Below are positions 58,496-64,000 of a stretch of 64,000 bases of DNA, one piece after another. Made by a program: the position numbers and the translations under genes. Each line of letters starts with the position of its first letter. Position 1 is the first letter of the stretch. The stretch covers positions 19,166 to 83,165 of the forward strand of contig SHWZ01000004.1 of the NCBI GenBank assembly GCA_009693575.1, in the 5' to 3' direction. The notes below the pieces were generated by a model, which searched no databases, was not told the DNA's origin, and saw only the letters and a program-made list of their open reading frames with translations. The stretch comes from Flavobacteriaceae bacterium (GTDB lineage Bacteria > Bacteroidota > Bacteroidia > UKL13-3).

Positions 58496-60910
58496 ATGAA
58501 TTCCTTATTTTATCTTATTCCTGCCTTTGGAGTGTTGGCATTGATTTACACCTTTATCAAGGCCCGCTGGGTAACTAAACAAGATGCCGGCGATGCCAAT
58601 ATGAAAGAATTGGCAGGCTACATAGCCGACGGAGCCATGGCATTTTTGAAAGCCGAATGGAAAGTGCTCACCTATTTTGCCATTATAGCCGCTGTGCTGT
58701 TGGCCTGGAGTGGCACGATGACTGGCACTGAAGAGCATCCTATCCATAGCAGCCCATTGATAGCGGTTGCTTTTGTTATTGGAGCAGTGCTATCGGCATT
58801 GGCCGGATACATCGGCATGAAGATAGCCACCAAAGCCAATGTGCGTACTGCACAAGCTGCCAAAACCAGCCTGAAAAAAGCCTTGAATGTATCGTTCACT
58901 GGAGGGTCGGTGATGGGATTCGGAGTAGCTGGACTTGCTATTCTTGGTTTGGGCGGACTGTTCATTGTGTTCTATCAAATATTTGCCGAAGGCATGGGTC
59001 AGGAAGGAATGAAGCAAGCCATCGAAGTGCTGACAGGATTCTCTTTGGGAGCTGAAAGTATTGCCCTGTTTGCCCGTGTGGGTGGTGGTATTTATACCAA
59101 AGCTGCAGATGTGGGTGCTGACCTTGTGGGCAAAGTGGAAGCTGGGATACCTGAAGACGACGTGCGTAACCCTGCCACCATTGCCGACAACGTAGGCGAT
59201 AACGTAGGCGACGTAGCTGGTATGGGTGCCGACTTGTTTGGTTCGTATGTGGCAACCATTTTAGCTACAATGGTACTCGGAAGTGAAATTACTGTTACTG
59301 ATAATTTTGGTGGACTATCTACCATCTTGTTGCCAATGGTGATAGCTGGTGCAGGACTTATTTTCTCTATTGTAGGTAGCTGGTTTGTAAGGATTAAAGA
59401 CGAAAAATCGAGTGTTCAGGCTGCATTGAATCTGGGCAACTGGAGTTCAATTATCCTTACCGCTGCGGCCTGTTATTTTATTGTAAATATGATTTTGCCC
59501 GAAGGCGAAATACGTCTGCGTGATACTGTATTCACCCGCGAAGGTGTGTTTGGAGCCATACTCGTTGGTTTAGGCGTGGGTGCTTTGATGAGCATGATTA
59601 CTGAATATTATACTGCCATGGGCAAACGCCCTGTGCAAACCATCATCCGCCAATCATCAACAGGTCATGCGACCAACATCATTGGGGGGCTTGCTATGGG
59701 CATGGAGAGCGTTACTGCTCCCATCCTTGTGTTGGCTGCGGGTATCATGGGTTCGTATGCTTGTGCTGGCTTATATGGTGTAGCAATAGCTGCTGCAGGC
59801 ATGATGGCAACTACTGCCATGCAACTGGCCATTGATGCCTTTGGCCCTATAGCTGATAATGCTGGCGGTATTGCCGAAATGAGCCAACTTCCTCCAGAAG
59901 TTCGTGAGCGAACCGACAATTTGGATGCCGTAGGTAACACCACTGCAGCCACTGGAAAAGGATTTGCGATAGCATCAGCTGCCCTTACTTCCCTAGCTTT
60001 GTTTGCTGCGTTTGTAGGAGTTGCCGGTATCAGTGCCATTGATATTTACAAAGCTGATGTGCTTGCGGGGCTCTTCATCGGCGGCATGATACCTTTTATC
60101 TTCTCATCACTTGCCATCAGTGCGGTAGGCCGTGCGGCTATGGCCATGGTGGAGGAAGTTCGTCGTCAGTTTCGCGAAATACCCGGCATTATGGAATACA
60201 AGGCCAAGCCGGAATATGAAAAATGCGTCGCCATTTCTACTCAAGCCTCTATTCGTGAGATGATATTGCCTGGAGCAATTGCTCTTATCGTTCCCGTTCT
60301 GGTTGGTTTCACGCTAGGCCCAGAGGTTCTTGGTGGTCTTTTGGCTGGCGTTACTGTGAGCGGTGTGCTGATGGGAATGTTCCAAAGTAATGCAGGTGGT
60401 GCTTGGGATAATGCAAAGAAATCATTCGAAAAAGGGGTCATGATAAACGGAGAAATGTTCTACAAAAAATCGGAGCCCCACAAGGCTTCTGTAACTGGTG
60501 ATACTGTTGGCGACCCTTTCAAAGACACCTCTGGTCCAAGCATGAATATCTTGATTAAGTTGATGTCTATCGTTTCATTAGTAATTGCTCCACATATTGC
60601 TGGTGTTAAAGGCATCTCAGCACAAAACAACAAAGGTGGACATTGCAAAGCAAAAATAGAATGCTGTGGCGAAATGAAGGAATGCAAAAGCCTTGAAAAA
60701 GGATGTGAAGGCAAAGATTCTGGCTGCTGCAAAGACGACGAAGCCGCTTGCGAAAAGCTCCACATGAATGCTCACCATACCGAAGGCTGCGGCTGCCGCG
60801 AAGGAACTGAATGCCCCCTACTACGCAGTGCAAAGACAAATGCTGCGGCGGAAAAAGCACCTGCCACGGCGAAGAGGCTAAAGCCCACGAAACCATTGAC
60901 AGCACCGTGA
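58496..60910 (+). CDS. hppA: membrane-bound proton/sodium-translocating pyrophosphatase (K+-dependent type, GNTTAA motif) with a Cys/His-rich C-terminal extension
   Basis: All M-PPase motifs are present: [68 protein letters not shown]. The core ends near ...APHIAGV. About 100 aa follow with CC, CxxC and GCGC motifs. The reading frame likely continues to about 60963 after a +1 shift at a C5 run (60814-60818). Confidence 0.85.
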   Translation: MNSLFYLIPAFGVLALIYTFIKARWVTKQDAGDANMKELAGYIADGAMAFLKAEWKVLTYFAIIAAVLLAWSGTMTGTEEHPIHSSPLIAVAFVIGAVLSALAGYIGMKIATKANVRTAQAAKTSLKKALNVSFTGGSVMGFGVAGLAILGLGGLFIVFYQIFAEGMGQEGMKQAIEVLTGFSLGAESIALFARVGGGIYTKAADVGADLVGKVEAGIPEDDVRNPATIADNVGDNVGDVAGMGADLFGSYVATILATMVLGSEITVTDNFGGLSTILLPMVIAGAGLIFSIVGSWFVRIKDEKSSVQAALNLGNWSSIILTAAACYFIVNMILPEGEIRLRDTVFTREGVFGAILVGLGVGALMSMITEYYTAMGKRPVQTIIRQSSTGHATNIIGGLAMGMESVTAPILVLAAGIMGSYACAGLYGVAIAAAGMMATTAMQLAIDAFGPIADNAGGIAEMSQLPPEVRERTDNLDAVGNTTAATGKGFAIASAALTSLALFAAFVGVAGISAIDIYKADVLAGLFIGGMIPFIFSSLAISAVGRAAMAMVEEVRRQFREIPGIMEYKAKPEYEKCVAISTQASIREMILPGAIALIVPVLVGFTLGPEVLGGLLAGVTVSGVLMGMFQSNAGGAWDNAKKSFEKGVMINGEMFYKKSEPHKASVTGDTVGDPFKDTSGPSMNILIKLMSIVSLVIAPHIAGVKGISAQNNKGGHCKAKIECCGEMKECKSLEKGCEGKDSGCCKDDEAACEKLHMNAHHTEGCGCREGTECPLLRSAKTNAAAEKAPATAKRLKPTKPLTAP

Positions 60911-61006
60911 CCACCAAAGACGGCAAGACCGAGATACGAGTGGAAAAGAAGATAAGAAAATAACACATCTTTCAGCGTGGCAAGGACGCCAACTAGTGAT
61001 TGAATA

Positions 61007-61045
61007 TTAGAAAGCCCTGTGATTGCACTATCACAGGGCTTTCTT
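61007..61045. terminator. bidirectional rho-independent terminator between hppA (+) and the lipoprotein gene (-)
   Basis: Perfect hairpin ccctgtgat-tgcact-atcacaggg, flanked by aaag on one side and cttttc/ttt on the other. Confidence 0.65.
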
Positions 61046-61058
61046 TTAAACTGTAGTT

Positions 61059-61454
61059 TTAAGGCTTACATTTAAGGCTAACCTTCTTGGTTTCTTTTCC
61101 TCCAGAACCGTCAACGAATGCTATTGCCTCAAATTCCATGGAGGTTTCAGATGTCACGTTACAAATCCAAGTTTCATTAACATTTAGCACCTTCTTTTTT
61201 ACATACTCTGTTTTTGCAACCAATGCCGCGGTGTCTCCTACATTCAGAAGTCGAACTTGATAGCCGTGCAGTTCATCTTTTCCAGTCATAGTTACCTTCA
61301 ATGGAAGTACATCTCCATTCTTAAAAGTTTTACCAGTAAGCAATCCTGAAATGGATATTTCGACTTTGCTGCTGCCGACGCCTGATCCCTGGCCTCTTTT
61401 TTTGCAACATACCATGGTTAGGCCAATGGTGACGATAATTAATTGTTTGAACAT
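61059..61454 (-). CDS. small hypothetical lipoprotein
   Basis: Lipobox (LTMVCC). 131 aa. Confidence 0.4.
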   Translation of the reverse strand: MFKQLIIVTIGLTMVCCKKRGQGSGVGSSKVEISISGLLTGKTFKNGDVLPLKVTMTGKDELHGYQVRLLNVGDTAALVAKTEYVKKKVLNVNETWICNVTSETSMEFEAIAFVDGSGGKETKKVSLKCKP

Positions 61455-61535
61455 ATTCCTGATTTAGATGCGAAAGTAAGTACCATCTATTAATGCTACC
61501 CCAATCATCCATCCCTCCTACCCTATTTTTGCCCC

Positions 61536-62018
61536 ATGAGTGAAAAAATAAAATTTGATGATGTGGTAGCCATTTCGGGAATGCCGGGACTGCACAAAAT
61601 AGTAGGACGCAGCAAGGGCGGTCTGGTGATAGAATTGCTTGACGAAAGCCATCGCAGACAAGCCGTACCAATGAACAACAAAGTTAGTGTATTAGCTGAA
61701 ATAGCCATGTTCACTCCTACCGATGATGTAAAGCTTGGTCAAATTTTTAAGAAGTTGATTGACGAAAATGTAGCTGCACCAAGCAAAGGTGCCAAGCCTG
61801 ATGAGGTTAAAGCATTTATGAGCAAAGCACTACCAGGCTACGACGAAGCCCGTGTTTATGTATCACACATGGAAAAGCTAGCCAAGTGGTATGTGGTTTT
61901 GAAAGATGTGGTAGATATGGAAACCCTTGTTGTGATTGAAGACGATGCTGAAGAGGCTATAATCGAACCAACTGCAGTGGCAGAAACTGCTGCTGAACCT
62001 CAAAAAGAGGAAGTCTGA
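61536..62018 (+). CDS. DUF5606-like conserved Bacteroidota hypothetical protein
   Basis: Conserved-looking MSEKIKFDDVVAISGMPGLHKIV... Acidic C-terminus. The ATG sits 4 nt after a TAttTTTG box. Confidence 0.4.
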   Translation: MSEKIKFDDVVAISGMPGLHKIVGRSKGGLVIELLDESHRRQAVPMNNKVSVLAEIAMFTPTDDVKLGQIFKKLIDENVAAPSKGAKPDEVKAFMSKALPGYDEARVYVSHMEKLAKWYVVLKDVVDMETLVVIEDDAEEAIIEPTAVAETAAEPQKEEV

Positions 62019-62068
62019 TTTTTACTTGCAGATTCTCAAAACATTTTCTCTTGTATGCATGTTTATCG

Positions 62069-62083
62069 TAATATTGCAATATT
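62069..62083. promoter_or_regulatory. perfect 14-bp palindrome AATATTGCAATATT, candidate ArsR operator; overlaps the arsR promoter and lies immediately upstream of the start codon
   Basis: Read directly from the sequence (...cgtAATATTGCAATATTaaaATG...). Established ArsR operators are promoter-overlapping dyads. Confidence 0.45.
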
Positions 62084-62088
62084 AAAAT

Positions 62089-62421
62089 ATGGGAGCTACG
62101 AAAACCGAACATTTCACCATTGACCAAAACGAACTGGCCTTGCTGATGAAAGCCCTTGCACATCCTGCCCGGCTTGCCATTATTGAGTTTCTGCTGAAAA
62201 CCGATAGCTGCATTTGTGGCGACATTGTGAATGAACTGCCACTTGCACAACCAACGGTATCACAACACCTGAAAGAACTGAAAAACGTGGGTTTAATTAA
62301 AGGAAACATTGAAGGAAATTCTATTTGTTACTGTATTGATGTTGAAACCTGGAAACACTATGAAACGGTGACCAACAAGTTATTTGCCCAATTAAAGAAA
62401 AAGAAAACAAACTGCTGCTGA
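62089..62421 (+). CDS. arsR: ArsR/SmtB family metalloregulatory repressor
   Basis: wHTH ([21 protein letters not shown]) with a metal-binding CxC in the a3 helix (DSCICGDIV; compare ELCVCDL of ArsR). 110 aa. Confidence 0.8.
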   Translation: MGATKTEHFTIDQNELALLMKALAHPARLAIIEFLLKTDSCICGDIVNELPLAQPTVSQHLKELKNVGLIKGNIEGNSICYCIDVETWKHYETVTNKLFAQLKKKKTNCC

Positions 62422-62461
62422 ACATCTGGAAGAACGAGATGAGTCGGAACTAAAAACTAAC

Positions 62462-62932
62462 ATGAATTTATCACAAATCAAAAACCACCTGAACACGGCC
62501 ACCGCTGTCAACTTCCAACTGCCTGATGGCACAATGGTTCCCAAACATTTCCACGTGACAGAAGTGGGAGAAATCTCCAAACATTTCATTGACTGTGGAG
62601 GCACAGTTCGCCACGAAAAGGTGGCCAGTTTCCAACTGTGGAATACCATCGACGAAGACCACCTCTTGAAACCTGAAAAACTTTTGAAGATTATTGCTTT
62701 GTCTGAGAAGATTCTCGGCTTAGGTGATTTGGAAATAGAAGTGGAATACCAAGGCGATACCATTGGCAAATACGGATTGGACATTGTGGGCGAAAACTTT
62801 TTGCTGACATCAAAACAAACAGACTGCCTTGCCAAAGACAAGTGCGGTGTGCCGCCAACAAAAACTAAACTACAACTCGTGGAACTACCAACCTCAGAAG
62901 CCGCTTGCTGTGCCCCCGGTTGCTGCCAATAG
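62462..62932 (+). CDS. DUF6428-like protein commonly found in Bacteroidota ars operons; Cys-rich C-terminus
   Basis: Position between arsR and arsC. C-terminal ...SEAACCAPGCCQ. Confidence 0.45.
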   Translation: MNLSQIKNHLNTATAVNFQLPDGTMVPKHFHVTEVGEISKHFIDCGGTVRHEKVASFQLWNTIDEDHLLKPEKLLKIIALSEKILGLGDLEIEVEYQGDTIGKYGLDIVGENFLLTSKQTDCLAKDKCGVPPTKTKLQLVELPTSEAACCAPGCCQ

Positions 62933-62939
62933 AAGTGCC

Positions 62940-63353
62940 ATGAAAAATATACTTGTACTGTGCACAGGCAACAGTTGTCGCAGCCAAATTGCAGAAGGCT
63001 ACCTCCGGCATTTTGCAAAAGAAAAAGCGATTATATACAGTGCCGGAATAGAAACCCACGGGGTGAGCCCCAAAGCCATTACTACCATGGCCGAAGATGG
63101 AATTGATATATCCACACATACATCAAACAACGTAAATGAATACGATTCTTTTTCGTTTGATTACATAATAACGGTTTGCGACAATGCAAAGGAAAACTGT
63201 CCTTACTTCCCTAATACTGTCATTGCATTTCACCACAATTTTCCAGACCCAGCGAAAGCATACGGAACTGAAGAAGATGTGTTGCAGCAGTTTGTCCACG
63301 TGCGGGAAATGATAAAAGAGTATTGTAAGACATTTGTAAAAGAAAATTTGTGA
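62940..63353 (+). CDS. arsC: arsenate reductase, LMW-PTP (thioredoxin-coupled ArsC) type
   Basis: MKNILVLCTGNSCRSQIAEGY P-loop (CX5R). Downstream Cys residues (TVCDNAKENCP). The ORF track begins at 62829; the internal Met is preferred. Confidence 0.8.
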   Translation: MKNILVLCTGNSCRSQIAEGYLRHFAKEKAIIYSAGIETHGVSPKAITTMAEDGIDISTHTSNNVNEYDSFSFDYIITVCDNAKENCPYFPNTVIAFHHNFPDPAKAYGTEEDVLQQFVHVREMIKEYCKTFVKENL

Positions 63354-63997
63354 GAAAATATCTTTCCGAATTTATAGGGACTTTCTTTATAGTCCTTTGT
63401 GGCACTGGAGCAATGGTGCTAGACCAACACACAGGTGGTGGAGTATCTCCTTTTGGTATTTCACTCACATTTGGAGCAAGTGTAACACTTATGATTTTGG
63501 TGTTTAACAAAAGTAGTGGAGCTCATTTTAACCCGGCAGTTACACTTGGCTTTAGTATGGTTGGCTTGTTTCCTAAAAAAGAAATATTGCCCTATATCAT
63601 CAGCCAATTGTTCGGGGCGATTGCTGCGAGTATACTGCTTCGGTTCTTGTTTCCAGCCAATGAAAACCTTGGAGCAACTTTGCCATTGGGAAGTGAGGGA
63701 CAAAGTTTTTTTCTTGAACTGGTATTGACTTTCCTACTGATATGGATTGTTCTTTGGTTTTCGCAAACCACTAAACTCATGCCTTTCACTGCCTTGGCTA
63801 TCGGTCTTACAGTTGGATTAGAAGCATACTTTGGTGGGCCAATTAGCGGGGCGAGCATGAACCCAGCAAGGAGTATTGCACCTGCCATTGTTTCAGGTCA
63901 TTTGGAAAGTCTTTGGGTGTATATCTCTGCTCCGATTTTGGGTACAGTTATAGCTGTGGTTGGTTGGAAATATCCATCTGTGTTCGATGGCTTTTAG
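63350..63997 (+). CDS. MIP-family channel (aquaglyceroporin-like; candidate arsenite channel, AqpS-like role)
   Basis: Two NPA boxes (HFNPAVT and SMNPARS). 6-TM profile. 215 aa. The start overlaps the arsC stop by 4 nt. Confidence 0.75.
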   Translation: MRKYLSEFIGTFFIVLCGTGAMVLDQHTGGGVSPFGISLTFGASVTLMILVFNKSSGAHFNPAVTLGFSMVGLFPKKEILPYIISQLFGAIAASILLRFLFPANENLGATLPLGSEGQSFFLELVLTFLLIWIVLWFSQTTKLMPFTALAIGLTVGLEAYFGGPISGASMNPARSIAPAIVSGHLESLWVYISAPILGTVIAVVGWKYPSVFDGF

Positions 63998-64000
63998 TTG

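Noticed and set aside
60814-60818. Considered treating the hppA Cys-rich tail as a separate downstream gene
   Set aside because: No stop codon separates the PPase core from the tail, and no start codon or promoter-like box lies at the junction. Reported as a fusion with a probable homopolymer frameshift instead.
1-64000. tRNA/rRNA genes, CRISPR arrays, IS elements, integrases
   Set aside because: No T-loop GTTCGAATC-like cloverleaf candidates in the intergenic regions. No regularly spaced repeat array. No transposase or integrase-like ORFs seen.

Overview
This 64-kb window looks like chromosomal DNA from a Bacteroidota genome (class-level guess: Cytophagia/Sphingobacteriia/Chitinophagia). 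The evidence is a T9SS C-terminal sorting domain on several proteins, a GldA-like ABC ATPase, SusC-like TonB-dependent receptors with an N-terminal CarbopepD_reg domain, TAnnTTTG -7 promoter boxes, a large insertion domain in Rho, and no Shine-Dalgarno sequences. Coding density is high, and I support about 55 protein genes. I found no rRNA, tRNA, CRISPR array, IS element or transposase. Coordinates counted by eye in the raw sequence may be off by 1-2 nt.

Housekeeping genes present:
- yicC (window-edge partial), tyrS, gmhA, comM/yifB, aroC, rho, a DHOase-like protein, fmt, an FtsE-like ABC ATPase, purA, fur, gcvT, comB.
- thiamine pyrophosphokinase, menC-like, an iscS/nifS-like cysteine desulfurase, an arginase-family enzyme, rnc, nfu, folA, yebC, waaA.
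- two M1 aminopeptidases.

Accessory content and notable points:
1. A minus-strand heme-uptake-like operon at 47.4-53.0 kb. It holds two HmuY-family paralogs (one lipoprotein, one carrying a T9SS C-terminal sorting domain), a TonB-dependent receptor and a TolB-like beta-propeller protein. Tandem direct repeats and a palindrome lie in its control region.
2. A membrane pyrophosphatase (HppA) with an unusual Cys/His-rich C-terminal extension of about 100-120 aa. The tail is interrupted by a C5 homopolymer frameshift. The gene sits about 1 kb from an ars operon.
3. An ars operon made of arsR, DUF6428, LMW-PTP-type arsC and an MIP/aquaporin channel, with no ArsB or Acr3. A perfect 14-bp palindrome sits directly upstream of arsR.
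4. A CarH-type AdoB12 light-sensing MerR regulator with an intact Wx9EH motif, in an LPS/peptidase context with no crt genes nearby.
5. A dihydroorotase-like protein in which all three residues of the DxHxHxR metal-binding motif are substituted.
6. A TyrRS whose HIGH motif reads G-I-G-N, and which also carries a G10 homopolymer.
7. A 1286-aa T9SS cargo protein with 7 Ig-like repeats and a repeat-rich upstream region.
8. Decayed T9SS gene remnants: a C-terminal-sorting-domain-only pseudogene with a frameshift, and a 99-aa N-terminal fragment.
9. An AT-rich islet carrying an orphan ORF and an RHH-antitoxin-like remnant.
10. A recurrent TAnnTTTG-CCCC-ATG architecture at several gene starts, which implies leaderless mRNAs.
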